64,000 nt of DNA from Patescibacteria group bacterium (GTDB taxonomy: Bacteria; Patescibacteriota; Patescibacteriia; UBA1558; GWA2-36-10). Both the position numbers and the translations under genes were made by a program. Each line of letters starts with the position of its first letter. Within the stretch, counting starts at the first letter, position 1. Below are positions 43,983 to 53,895 of this stretch, in pieces. The notes beneath the pieces were generated by a model that worked only from the letters and a program-made list of their open reading frames with translations, had not been told where the DNA came from and did no database searches. The stretch lies in assembly GCA_018062885.1 (NCBI GenBank), contig JAGORJ010000001.1:151-64150 (forward strand), in the 5' to 3' direction.

Positions 43983-45257
43983 ATGTGGCCCTTAGAAGTC
44001 AGGTCACATAATTTTATTTTTTTTATGACACAAACAGAGACAATTGCGCCTAATTTTGATAATTTAGGCATTAGTCCCAATTTATTGGAGGCTCTAACTC
44101 AACTTAATTTTCTTAGTCCCACACCTATTCAGCATCAGTGTATTCCGACTGCTTTAGAGGGTAAGGACATTGTCGGTATCGCTCAAACAGGTACCGGCAA
44201 AACTTTGGCTTTCGGTATTCCGATGATTCAGCTTTTGAGTCAAAATAAAGGTCAGGGTTTGATTTTGTTACCAACTCGTGAACTTGCTTTGCAAGTTGAT
44301 GAAGTTTTACGTAAACTTGGTCAAAAATTTGGTTTGCGTACCGTCGTTTTGATCGGTGGTGCATCGGCTATTCAGCAAGTGCAAAGCATCAGACGCAATC
44401 CGCACATCATAGTTTCGACTCCTGGTCGTTTGATAGATCATTTGCAACAAAGAAATTTGACTTTAGCCAATGTCAAAACCATTGTTTTGGATGAAGCAGA
44501 CAGAATGTTTGATATTGGTTTTATGCCTCAAATCAAACAAATTCTTTCTATGGTACCCAAAGAGCGTCAAACTTTGATGTTCTCGGCCACTATGCCAAAA
44601 GCGATTGCTGAGATGGCTAGCCAATTTATGAAAACTCCTTGGCGTATAGAAGTAGCTCCAGCTGGTACAGTCGCTACTAAAGTAGAACAAGAGATTTTTA
44701 TAGTTGCCAAGAATATGCGTACCCAGCTTTTGGATAAATTATTGTCTGACAATAAGGGTAGTGTTTTGATTTTTTCTCGTACTAAACATGGTGCCAAAAA
44801 AATTGCCGGCTTTATCAGAGTTTTTGGTCACACCGCTGTAGAAATTCATTCAAATAGATCGCTAGCGCAGAGAAAAGAAGCTTTGAGTGGTTTCAAAAAT
44901 GGTAAATACCGTGTTTTGGTGGCAACTGATATTGCTGCTCGTGGTATTGATGTAAAAAATATCTCTTTAGTTATTAACTATGATTTACCAGATAATCCAG
45001 ATGACTATGTGCACCGTATCGGTCGTACTGGTCGAGCTGGCTCAATCGGTAAAGCTATCTCTTTTGCTGGGGCTGATGAAAAATTAGCTGTTAAGCAAAT
45101 TGAAAGATTAATTAAAAAAACTATTCCCGTCTTGGCTTTGCCCAAGCTACCTGAGGCTAGAGTCTCTACTCAAGAAACTAGCCGTTCACATGGTTTTTCT
45201 TCAGGCAGAGCTCCTAGAAGCTCTGCTCCAAGACGCTCAAATTTTCGCCGTCGTTAA
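43983..45257 (+). CDS. DEAD-box ATP-dependent RNA helicase with C-terminal Arg/Ser-rich tail (alternative start ATG 44025)
   Basis: Q-motif, AQTGTGKT, PTRELA, DEAD, SAT, HRIGRTGRAG; C-terminal SRSHGFSSGRAPRSSAPRRSNFRRR. Confidence 0.9.
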   Translation: MWPLEVRSHNFIFFMTQTETIAPNFDNLGISPNLLEALTQLNFLSPTPIQHQCIPTALEGKDIVGIAQTGTGKTLAFGIPMIQLLSQNKGQGLILLPTRELALQVDEVLRKLGQKFGLRTVVLIGGASAIQQVQSIRRNPHIIVSTPGRLIDHLQQRNLTLANVKTIVLDEADRMFDIGFMPQIKQILSMVPKERQTLMFSATMPKAIAEMASQFMKTPWRIEVAPAGTVATKVEQEIFIVAKNMRTQLLDKLLSDNKGSVLIFSRTKHGAKKIAGFIRVFGHTAVEIHSNRSLAQRKEALSGFKNGKYRVLVATDIAARGIDVKNISLVINYDLPDNPDDYVHRIGRTGRAGSIGKAISFAGADEKLAVKQIERLIKKTIPVLALPKLPEARVSTQETSRSHGFSSGRAPRSSAPRRSNFRRR

Positions 45258-45276
45258 ACGCTAAACTTCAGATGAG

Positions 45277-45303
45277 ACTTCAAAAGCTTCTCTTCGGGGG
45301 AGC
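45277..45303 (+). terminator. Terminator with UUCG tetraloop
   Basis: gcttctc-ttcg-ggggagc hairpin then TTTTT. Confidence 0.5.
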
Positions 45304-45306
45304 TTT

Positions 45307-47100
45307 TTGTCTTGTTTGATCTGTGATATAATATTCGGACTTATGAAATATTTAACTAAACACACATTTAGAATTTTCTGGCAACATTTGTGGCACTACA
45401 AATGGTCTTTTTCTGTTATTTTGATCGCGGTAGTTGTCGGAGCGCTTGCAAATATTACAGCACCTTTATTTTATAAGGAGTTTTTTGATGTTTTGGTTAA
45501 TTCTGGTGAGCTCAGAGACAAAGCTGTTTTGCTAAATATTTTGTTTAAGATTTTTTTAGTTTATTTTATTGGTTGGTTATTTTGGCGCATTGTAACTTTT
45601 GTAATGGCTTATTTTCAGACGCGCGCTATAGCGGATTTGGATAATAGTTCTTTTAGTTATTTACATAAACATTCTGTTTCTTTTTTCAATAATAATTTTG
45701 TAGGTTCACTAGTCAAAAAAGTTAATCGTTTCTCCAATGCTTTTGAAATGATTACTGATATTTTTGTTTGGGATTTGTTGCCCATGATCGTAAATACATT
45801 TGCTATTATTATTGTTTTATCGAGAAAAAATATTTTTATTGGCCTGGGTATTTTAGTATGGATTATAATTTATATTGCGATTAATTATTTTTTCAGCATT
45901 TATAAATTAAAATATGACACTCAAAGAGCAGCTTTAAGCTCTAAAGTGACGGGAGTTTTGGCAGATACAATTACGAATCACAGTAATGTTAAATTATTTA
46001 ATGGTTATGTGCGTGAGAAAAATTTATTTTCTCAAGTGACTGGAGAGTTTCAAAAATTATGGCAATTTACTTGGAATCTTGGTAATTATTTTGAGGCCGG
46101 TCAAGCCATGTTCATGATTTTGTTAGAAGTTGGCGTCATGTATTATGCGATTATTTTATGGCAAAAAAATATTTTGACTGTCGGTGATTTTGTGCTTTTG
46201 CAAAGCTATTTATTAAATATTATTTTGAGATTGTGGAATTTTGGCCGTTTGATCAGAAGATTTTATGAGAATATGGCAAATGCTGAAGAGATGACAGAAG
46301 TCTTGATGGCTGAGCATGAAATAAAAGATGTAAAGAATGCTAAACATTTACAAATTAGCAAAGGTGAGATTGATTGGCAAAATGTTAATTTTAATTATAA
46401 CCAAACTAGACATATTATCTCAGACTTTAATTTGACTATTAAGCCCAAAGAAAAAATTGCTTTAGTTGGTCCATCTGGCTCTGGCAAATCTACTTTATTA
46501 AATTTGTTATTAAGAAATTACGATTTAGTCAGTGGTAATATTTTGATTGATGGACAAAAGATAAATAAAATCAGCCAAGAGTCTTTGTGGCAAAATATTT
46601 CTTTTGTAAATCAAGATCCTATTTTGTTTCACCGTACTTTGGAAGAAAATATTGCCTATGGAAAACCTGATGCTAGCTTTGAAGACATTCAGAGAGCGGC
46701 TAAGCTTGCTTATGCTGATGATTTTATCAATGCCTTTTCCGAAAAATATCAAACATTTGTAGGGGAAAGAGGGGTTAAACTTTCTGGTGGTGAGCGTCAA
46801 AGAGTGGCGATTGCTAGGGCAATCTTAAAAAATGCCCCGATTTTGATCTTAGACGAAGCTACTTCTTCTTTGGACTCTGAGTCCGAAGAAATGATTCAAG
46901 ATGCTCTCTCAAATTTGATGAAAAATAAGACAGTTATAGTCATTGCTCATCGTTTGTCGACTATTATGAAGATGGACAGAATCATTGTCCTGAATCAAGG
47001 CAAAATTGTTGAACAGGGCACACATCAGCAATTAACCACCAAAAATGGCGGTTTATATAGGAAATTGTGGGAAAAACAGGTGGGCGGCTTTATCAAATAG
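45307..47100 (+). CDS. ABC exporter, fused permease/ATPase (MsbA/LmrA-like); likely true start ATG 45343 (MKYLTK)
   Basis: 6-TM N-terminal domain; Walker A GPSGSGKST; signature LSGGERQRVAIARA; Walker B ILILDEATSSLD; extended -10 TGaTATAAT at 45324-45332 lies inside the annotated 5' end. Confidence 0.85.
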   Translation: MSCLICDIIFGLMKYLTKHTFRIFWQHLWHYKWSFSVILIAVVVGALANITAPLFYKEFFDVLVNSGELRDKAVLLNILFKIFLVYFIGWLFWRIVTFVMAYFQTRAIADLDNSSFSYLHKHSVSFFNNNFVGSLVKKVNRFSNAFEMITDIFVWDLLPMIVNTFAIIIVLSRKNIFIGLGILVWIIIYIAINYFFSIYKLKYDTQRAALSSKVTGVLADTITNHSNVKLFNGYVREKNLFSQVTGEFQKLWQFTWNLGNYFEAGQAMFMILLEVGVMYYAIILWQKNILTVGDFVLLQSYLLNIILRLWNFGRLIRRFYENMANAEEMTEVLMAEHEIKDVKNAKHLQISKGEIDWQNVNFNYNQTRHIISDFNLTIKPKEKIALVGPSGSGKSTLLNLLLRNYDLVSGNILIDGQKINKISQESLWQNISFVNQDPILFHRTLEENIAYGKPDASFEDIQRAAKLAYADDFINAFSEKYQTFVGERGVKLSGGERQRVAIARAILKNAPILILDEATSSLDSESEEMIQDALSNLMKNKTVIVIAHRLSTIMKMDRIIVLNQGKIVEQGTHQQLTTKNGGLYRKLWEKQVGGFIK

Positions 47101-47198
47101 TGCAGTAGAATTAAACTTGCTTTATTTGTCAAGATGTGTTATTATAGGGCTTAACTTATTAAACAAGATCCGCACTAAGCGGACTAAACAATAAATTT

Positions 47199-47717
47199 AT
47201 GGGAAATTTTAATCGAGACAGAAGACCAGGTGGTGACAGAGGCGGCGCAAGTCGTGGTTTTGGTGGTGGCGGTGGTAGAGATAGAGGTTTCGGCGGCGGT
47301 CGTAGTTTCGGCGGCGGCAGAGATCGTGACAGAGGTCCAGTAGAAATGCATAGCGCTGTTTGTGATGGTTGTGGTAATGACTGTGAAGTACCATTTCGTC
47401 CAAGCAGTGGAAAGCCAGTCTATTGCAATGATTGTTTCAAAAACAATGATTCTAGACCACAACGCGACAACAGATCTTCAGATCGTGGCCAAGGCAATGA
47501 TCAACTAAAGGAAACTTTGAGCGCAGTTAACAAAAAACTAGATCAAATTTTAGATTTGTTAGCTCCTAAAACAACTAGTTCCAAAGCAAAAGCTAAGGAT
47601 TTAGAAGTTATGTTTGAAGATGCTGAAGTAGAGGTCAAACCTAAGGCCGTCAAAAAAACTACTAAAAAAGACGAAGCTGTGAAAACAGTAAAGAAAGTAG
47701 TAAAAAAGAAAAAATAA
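47199..47717 (+). CDS. RGG/Gly-Arg-rich protein with CxxC...CxxC zinc-ribbon (zf-trcl-like) and Lys-rich C-terminal tail
   Basis: N-terminal RGGxRGFGGGGGRDRGFGGGR repeats; CDGCGNDCEVPFRPSSGKPVYCNDCF zinc ribbon; KKTTKKDEAVKTVKKVVKKKK tail. Confidence 0.6.
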   Translation: MGNFNRDRRPGGDRGGASRGFGGGGGRDRGFGGGRSFGGGRDRDRGPVEMHSAVCDGCGNDCEVPFRPSSGKPVYCNDCFKNNDSRPQRDNRSSDRGQGNDQLKETLSAVNKKLDQILDLLAPKTTSSKAKAKDLEVMFEDAEVEVKPKAVKKTTKKDEAVKTVKKVVKKKK

Positions 47718-47824
47718 ATTTATCACAAAAAACTTAGCTAATACAAAATTTTCTAGCTAAGTTTTTTTATTGAAAAAAAAGCTATTTTGTGCTATTTTAA
47801 TGATAGCTTTATATAAATAAATTT

Positions 47825-49426
47825 ATGGAACTTTCTCCTAGTATTATTGCTTTATATCAAAATATTAGCAATATTTATCACAAGCGTGACATTCTCAAAG
47901 AAGAGGAAAATAAAATTGAAGTTGAAGACATTACTTCGCGGGTGACTTTTGTTTATGAAAAATTACGTAATAGTGTAGATTTTAAAGAGGCTCATTTGTT
48001 GCGTCGCTTTGCGATTGAGCGTAATCTTCGTCGTCGTTTGATTTTGGAAACACTCAAACCTCACATTGCCAAAGGCTTGATAGAGGATTTGATTCGTTCA
48101 AAATACTTGCCCAACAATACTATTCCAGAAAGAATGATTTTGGATGTAGCGCAGATTATTCGTCGCTATGGTGATTTGTTTGTTTTGCTCAATGATCTTT
48201 ATCAAGGCAAAGAGCGTAAAAATTATTTTGACTGGATCATCGGTGTCATGGCCTGTGAGCTGGATATGTTTTTAAATCCAGAAGACATCGAAGATAGCTT
48301 GATTGAAACTATGTATTCAATGGTCAAAAATAGAGTCAAATTTACTGGAGATGAAATAAAAATTCGTGAAAAAAATATTCAGCTTTATATTTCTATTCAT
48401 AAGTCATTGGTCAAATCAGATGACACTATAATTTCTTATCATTTGTTTAATTTGTATTTTCCTGATTGGAGTCATGCAGACGCTTCTTTGGTCAAAATGA
48501 TTGCTACTAATTTTCCGGCTATTTATCGTACCACTAACATGCATCTCAAGCATGCTTACCAAGTCAAATTAAGCAACGCCATCAAAGAAGAAGTGGTGAC
48601 TTTCAAGGTTCTGTATGAATTGATCTTGGAGCATGGTCAAGATATTGAGAGACTTCTGGTCAATCCAGCTGAGCTGGAGTCTGAAGCAAAAATTTTGGTC
48701 AATAAGCGCTATAAACTGATCCGCAACAAAATCAGTCAAAGTTCTATCAGGGCAATTATTTATATTTTTATTACCAAGATGATTTTGGCTTTAGTATTGG
48801 AGTTGCCTTATGAATTGTATATTCTCAAGCATATAAATTATTTGCCGATTACTATCAATATTGTTTTTCCACCATTATTGATGTTTTTGATTGCTTTGAC
48901 AATAGTACCACCAAGTAAAGAAAACACTAGTAAGATTTTGACCAATCTACACAATGTTGTTTACAACAATCCACCAAAGTCTATCTTGTGCAAACTAAAT
49001 GCTAAATATAGACAAAATTGGGGTTTCAAAGTTTTTTATCATTCTATGTTTGCTATTTTGTATATCATAGTTTTTGGCGCGATAATTTCTTTATTACAAA
49101 GATTAGATTTTAATATTTTAAGCGGAGCTTTATTTTTATTTTTCTTGACCATGGTTAGTTTCTTTGCTCTCAGAATCCGTACAACAGCCAAAGAATATAA
49201 AGTGATTCAAAATAAAGCTGGCATCTTGTCATTTTTGATAGACTTTTTTTCCTTACCGATTATTTCCGCGGGGCGTTGGCTTTCTACCAAATTCAAAAAA
49301 ATCAATCTCTTTGCCTTTGTGATGGACTATATCATTGAAGCGCCATTCAAAATTTTTATTGCTGTCTTTGAAGAATGGCTGGGTTTTTTGAAAGATAAAA
49401 AAGAAGATATCTATCATGAACAATAA
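47825..49426 (+). CDS. Hypothetical polytopic membrane protein with N-terminal soluble domain
   Basis: 533 aa; soluble first 300 aa then at least 5 TM helices; 11-bp overlap with downstream trmH-like gene. Confidence 0.5.
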   Translation: MELSPSIIALYQNISNIYHKRDILKEEENKIEVEDITSRVTFVYEKLRNSVDFKEAHLLRRFAIERNLRRRLILETLKPHIAKGLIEDLIRSKYLPNNTIPERMILDVAQIIRRYGDLFVLLNDLYQGKERKNYFDWIIGVMACELDMFLNPEDIEDSLIETMYSMVKNRVKFTGDEIKIREKNIQLYISIHKSLVKSDDTIISYHLFNLYFPDWSHADASLVKMIATNFPAIYRTTNMHLKHAYQVKLSNAIKEEVVTFKVLYELILEHGQDIERLLVNPAELESEAKILVNKRYKLIRNKISQSSIRAIIYIFITKMILALVLELPYELYILKHINYLPITINIVFPPLLMFLIALTIVPPSKENTSKILTNLHNVVYNNPPKSILCKLNAKYRQNWGFKVFYHSMFAILYIIVFGAIISLLQRLDFNILSGALFLFFLTMVSFFALRIRTTAKEYKVIQNKAGILSFLIDFFSLPIISAGRWLSTKFKKINLFAFVMDYIIEAPFKIFIAVFEEWLGFLKDKKEDIYHEQ

Positions 49427-49880
49427 TGATTTTTTTATCATTGCTCATAATATTCGTAGTCTCTACAATGTTGGTACTATTTTTAGAACTGCTGACGCTT
49501 TGCAAGTCACCAAGATATTTTTGACTGGCTATACCGGTTGTCCACCTCGTAAAGAAATAGCCAAAGTGGCTCTGGGTGCAGAAAATATAGTACCTTGGGA
49601 AGCGGTCAAAAATATTTCCAGTTTATTTAAGCGCTTACAAAAAGATAAAATAAAAATTATTGCTTTAGAAAAAACCGCTACTAGTTTAGACTATCTTGAT
49701 TTTGTGCCGGCTTTTCCTCTAGCTCTGCTACTAGGCAATGAAGTCAGAGGTGTGTCAGTAAGTTTATTAAAAAAATCTGATCAAGTGATTAGTTTACCAA
49801 TGAAAGGCACAAAAGAATCTTTAAATGTTGGTGTAGCCATGGCAGTCGCTTCTTATTATATCAACAGTTATAGAAAATAA
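49416..49880 (+). CDS. SpoU/TrmH-family RNA 2'-O-methyltransferase
   Basis: IIAHNIRSLYNVGTIFRTADALQV and C-terminal LNVGVAMAVASYY knot motifs. Confidence 0.8.
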   Translation: MNNNDFFIIAHNIRSLYNVGTIFRTADALQVTKIFLTGYTGCPPRKEIAKVALGAENIVPWEAVKNISSLFKRLQKDKIKIIALEKTATSLDYLDFVPAFPLALLLGNEVRGVSVSLLKKSDQVISLPMKGTKESLNVGVAMAVASYYINSYRK

Positions 49881-49907
49881 ATTTAAATTTAATTATTTTT
49901 TTAAAAT

Positions 49908-50153
49908 TTGTGTTATAATATCATTATGCAAATCCATGAAGTAGTCGAAATTGTTTTTACTATTTTATTACTTTTATTTTTAGCCATGATGGTGATAGGT
50001 ATCATGACCATCATCACGGTGATAGAAGAGTTAAATAGTTATGATGTGCCTTTTACGATGCGAGTAGTTTTTATCACTGGCATGTCCACAGTTTATATTT
50101 ATTTATTAAAAATGATGGTATCAAAATTTACCGATTACCATCGCTATCTTTAA
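49908..50153 (+). CDS. Small membrane protein
   Basis: 81 aa, two hydrophobic helices; sits between two terminators and promoters. Confidence 0.3.
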   Translation: MCYNIIMQIHEVVEIVFTILLLLFLAMMVIGIMTIITVIEELNSYDVPFTMRVVFITGMSTVYIYLLKMMVSKFTDYHRYL

Positions 50154-50159
50154 TCTTTT

Positions 50160-51146
50160 ATGAAAATGGATATTACTACTATTGGTGGCGCTACCGAAGA
50201 CATGATGTTTTATACTGAAGAAGCTGAATTGATAGACAATAAAAATAACTTACTCAAACAAAAATTAATTGGTTTTGAGTATGGTGCCAAACTTTATAGT
50301 AAAGAAGTTTATTTGACTTTTGGTGGTGGAGGAGCAAATGCGGCAGCTAATTTTGCTTCCTTGGGTCTCAAAACTCAAAGCATTATTGCTGTCGGATATG
50401 ATAATACTGGTGAGGCTATTTTACAAAATTTAAAACAAAGAAAAATCGCTACCAACTTGGTGCAAAGAGTAGATAAAAAAAATTCTGGTATTTCAGCTGT
50501 TATCAATGTCGGCTCTTTTAATGAGCATGTTATTTTTGCTTATAGGGGAGCTAACGAATGTTTAGATTTGAGCGAAAAAGTAGTCAAAAAAATAAAAACT
50601 CCTTGGGTTTATTTGACTTCTTTACATGCTACTTCAACGCATAGAATAGAAGCTTTGTTTAAACATTGTCAGTATAAAAATATCAAAATAGCTTGGAATC
50701 CTGGACATGATCAGCTCAAATTGGGTTTAAAAAAATTAGCTAGATTTATTGCGCAAACTACTGTTTTTGATGTTAATCGTGATGAAGCTTTGGAATTATT
50801 AGTTTCCGTCAAACAGGCGCAAGTAAAAAATAATATAAATTTTATTTTAAAATCTTTGCATTCTTATGGCCAAAAATTTACGGTCGTTACAGATGGTGCT
50901 CGTGGAGCTTATGTCTATGACGGTCAAAAGGTTTATTTCCAGGCAGCTTTCAAGAAAAAAGGCGTCAATACTACTGGTGCGGGTGATGCTTTTGGTTCAG
51001 CTTTTGTGACGGGCTTGATCAAGTATAAAGATGACGTTGATAAAGCTTTAAAATTAGCCATCATCAATAGCAATAGTGTGATTATGAAAATTGGTGCGCA
51101 GATTGGTATTTTGAGTGTGGCTGATTTGAAGAAACATAATTTGTAA
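50160..51146 (+). CDS. PfkB-family sugar/nucleoside kinase
   Basis: N-terminal GGGGANAA and C-terminal NTTGAGDAFGSAF PfkB signature. Confidence 0.8.
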   Translation: MKMDITTIGGATEDMMFYTEEAELIDNKNNLLKQKLIGFEYGAKLYSKEVYLTFGGGGANAAANFASLGLKTQSIIAVGYDNTGEAILQNLKQRKIATNLVQRVDKKNSGISAVINVGSFNEHVIFAYRGANECLDLSEKVVKKIKTPWVYLTSLHATSTHRIEALFKHCQYKNIKIAWNPGHDQLKLGLKKLARFIAQTTVFDVNRDEALELLVSVKQAQVKNNINFILKSLHSYGQKFTVVTDGARGAYVYDGQKVYFQAAFKKKGVNTTGAGDAFGSAFVTGLIKYKDDVDKALKLAIINSNSVIMKIGAQIGILSVADLKKHNL

Positions 51147-51154
51147 AACTTCTT

Positions 51155-51718
51155 ATGAAAAAAGTTATCCTAGAAGTTTCAGCTCGGCATTTACATTTGT
51201 CAGAAAAAGATTTGTTTGCCTTGTTTGGCAAAAATTATGTTTTGCATAAAAAGAAAGATTTATCACAAAAGGTAGAATTTGCTGCTCAAGAAACAGTCGA
51301 TGTTATCCATAAAAACAAAGCTTTAAGTTGCCGAGTAGTCGGACCCACTAGAAAACAAACTCAAGTAGAATTATCAGCCACAGATTTTAAATTTTTGGAT
51401 CTGCCGACAAGTTTGAGGCTTTCTGGTGATTTGAAAAACACTGGTGGCGCTGTCCTTGTCGGACCAAAAGCTAAAATCAAATTAAAACAAGGTTTGATAC
51501 TAGCCAAAAGACATTTGCACATTGATCCCAAAACTGCTCAAAAATGGAATTTAAAAAATGGACAAAGTATTTCTGCAGTTAACAGGGGAGAAAGAGCGGT
51601 AGTATTTAAAAATGTCATAGTTCGCATTGGTGATTTTACAAGTCGTTTACACCTAGATACCGATGAGGCAAATGCGGCCGGACTCAAAAATAACGATTTT
51701 ATTTATTTGGATATTTAA
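51155..51718 (+). CDS. pduL: PduL-type phosphate acyl(acetyl/propanoyl)transferase
   Basis: Two PduL repeats (VSARHLHLSEKDLFALFG and AKRHLHIDPKTAQ) and C-terminal HLDTDEANAAGL, nearly identical to the enterobacterial PduL C-terminus. Confidence 0.8.
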   Translation: MKKVILEVSARHLHLSEKDLFALFGKNYVLHKKKDLSQKVEFAAQETVDVIHKNKALSCRVVGPTRKQTQVELSATDFKFLDLPTSLRLSGDLKNTGGAVLVGPKAKIKLKQGLILAKRHLHIDPKTAQKWNLKNGQSISAVNRGERAVVFKNVIVRIGDFTSRLHLDTDEANAAGLKNNDFIYLDI

Positions 51719-51721
51719 TTT

Positions 51722-52108
51722 ATGTTTTTACAAGTATTAGCGCAGAATTCAGACATTGTAGACACAATAGTCAATCCAGAAGTGGATATGAATCAGCTGA
51801 ATCAGCGTTTAGAAGAATTAAAAATTGAGTATGAGCTGTTGACGCAAGAAGCTCCGGCAATGTCTTTTTTTAATTTTCAAAATGTTTATTTTTGGTTTGT
51901 AGTTTGTGGTTTGATTATTTTGTTGTTGGCTTTGTGGCTTTTGTGGAGAGAACTCAAACTTTCAAAAAATTCAGTAGAACCCAAAGTAAAAAAAATACCA
52001 AAACAAGATAGAGAAGAAGTGCTTGTGCAAAAAGTGGAGCCTAGAGAAGTCCAAAAAGATGTGCTAAAAAAGCCAGTAATTCAGGTCAAAGTCAAAAAAG
52101 TGAAATAA
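51722..52108 (+). CDS. Hypothetical single-pass membrane protein with Lys/Val-rich tail
   Basis: 128 aa; one TM helix (FWFVVCGLIILLLALWLLW); KVKKIPKQDREE...VKVKKVK tail. Confidence 0.4.
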   Translation: MFLQVLAQNSDIVDTIVNPEVDMNQLNQRLEELKIEYELLTQEAPAMSFFNFQNVYFWFVVCGLIILLLALWLLWRELKLSKNSVEPKVKKIPKQDREEVLVQKVEPREVQKDVLKKPVIQVKVKKVK

Positions 52109-52188
52109 AAATAAATCGGTGGTCAAATTTTTTAATACTTGCTACAATAAAGCTTGAGATTTCAAGCTTTATTTTTAAAAAACATAAA

Positions 52189-53895
52189 ATGCCAGATAAT
52201 CAGTGGAAAATAGCCAAAAAAGCAGAGCCAGAATTTTTAAATAAATTTCCAGAATTGTCAGCTACTATCGCGACTTTATTGTTTAATCGTGGTCTTAGTA
52301 AACAAGTGGACATTGACCAATTTTTATCGCCAGACTATTCACAGGACATTCATGATCCTTATTTGTTTAAGGATATGAATAAGGCTTGCGAGAGAATTTA
52401 TCAAGCAATTGAAAAAGAGGAGTTAATCACTATTTTTGGTGATTATGATGCTGATGGTGTGCCGGCATCTGTTATACTTTCTAGTGTTTTGGAAAGTTTG
52501 GGTGCCAAAGTGAGTGTTTATTTGCCTCACAGAGAAAAAGAAGGTTATGGTCTCAATAAGCAAGCAGTTGAAGAACTGGCTAAAAATTCTACTAAATTAT
52601 TAATCACTTGTGATTGTGGGATTAGTAATTTTGATGAAGCACAACTTGCTAATAATTTTGGCTTAGATGTGATCATTACCGATCATCATGGGATTCCGGA
52701 TAAATTGCCAGAAGCTTTTGCGATCATTCATCCACAAATTGAGGGAGAGACGTATCCATTCAAATTTTTATGTGGCTCCGGTGTAGCTTTTAAACTCATC
52801 CAAGGTTTGTTTCGTCATCCTTTGTGTAAGTTAGACTCTGGTGAAGCTAGTAAACAAGAAAAATGGCTTTTAGATTTAGTTGCTATTGCTACCGTGGCTG
52901 ATATGGTGCCTTTAGTTGGAGAAAATAGAACTTTAGTCAAATATGGTTTGATTGTTTTGAAGAAAAATCAACGACTTGGTTTGCAAAAAATGATTGCTTT
53001 AGCCGGCATTGATTTGAATAAGCTAGACACTACCATGATTAGCTTTGCTTTTGCTCCACGAATCAATGCAGCTGGTCGTATGGATCATGCTAATTTGGCT
53101 TATTATTTATTAAACACCAAAGATCCAGACAAGGCTTTGACTTGGGCACAAGAGCTGAATCAGGCCAATGTCCAAAGACAAAGATTAACCGAAACGGTTT
53201 TTAAAGAAGCTAAAAATCAAGTTGGTGATTTAGCAGAAAAAGTTTTGTTTTTTTATAAAAAAGATTGGCCAGCTGGTTTGACGGGGCTAGTTGCTTCCAA
53301 ATTAGTCAAAGAATATAATCGGCCGGTGTTTTTGTTGACCAACACGGATGAAAATATTATTGTTGGCTCTGGTCGTAGTATTGATGGCTTTCATATTACA
53401 GAGGCCTTACAGCGCAACAGTGATTTGTTGTTGAGATTTGGTGGTCATCCACAGGCCTGTGGTTTTTCTTTGGCTTTAGAAAACTTTGATAAGTTTAAAG
53501 AAAAAATACAAACATACGCTAGAATGCAACTAAATGATGAAAATTTACAGGCAGTTTTGCAGGTTGAGCTAGAGCTGGATTTGATGGAGGTCAATTGGGA
53601 TTTAGTCGATACTTTGAGTAAATTTGAGCCTTTTGGTCAGCAAAATCAAGAGCCACTCTTTGTCTCTTATGAAGTTTTGGTGACAGGCGCCAAAAAAGTA
53701 GGCAAAGATCAAAATCATTGGAAGCTAGAATTAGTCAAACAAAATAAAAAGTTTCAAGCGATTGCTTTTTCTTTTGGTGCCCAAGAGCTTAGTCTTGGCC
53801 AGAGAATAGACATCGTCTATAATTTGAGTATCAATCAATGGAACGGCAATCGAGAAATTCAATTAATTATTAGAGATTTAAAAATATCATCATGA
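52189..53895 (+). CDS. recJ: Single-stranded-DNA-specific exonuclease RecJ
   Basis: DHH motifs (GDYDADGV, ITDHHG) and DHHA1 region (GGHPQACG). Confidence 0.85.
   Translation: MPDNQWKIAKKAEPEFLNKFPELSATIATLLFNRGLSKQVDIDQFLSPDYSQDIHDPYLFKDMNKACERIYQAIEKEELITIFGDYDADGVPASVILSSVLESLGAKVSVYLPHREKEGYGLNKQAVEELAKNSTKLLITCDCGISNFDEAQLANNFGLDVIITDHHGIPDKLPEAFAIIHPQIEGETYPFKFLCGSGVAFKLIQGLFRHPLCKLDSGEASKQEKWLLDLVAIATVADMVPLVGENRTLVKYGLIVLKKNQRLGLQKMIALAGIDLNKLDTTMISFAFAPRINAAGRMDHANLAYYLLNTKDPDKALTWAQELNQANVQRQRLTETVFKEAKNQVGDLAEKVLFFYKKDWPAGLTGLVASKLVKEYNRPVFLLTNTDENIIVGSGRSIDGFHITEALQRNSDLLLRFGGHPQACGFSLALENFDKFKEKIQTYARMQLNDENLQAVLQVELELDLMEVNWDLVDTLSKFEPFGQQNQEPLFVSYEVLVTGAKKVGKDQNHWKLELVKQNKKFQAIAFSFGAQELSLGQRIDIVYNLSINQWNGNREIQLIIRDLKISS

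Noticed and set aside
47100-47198. Clean -35/-10 promoter for the RGG protein
   Set aside because: TTGTCA and TATTAT occur but with a non-functional 8-nt spacing. Only an extended -10-like TGtTATTAT is plausible, so no confident promoter call.
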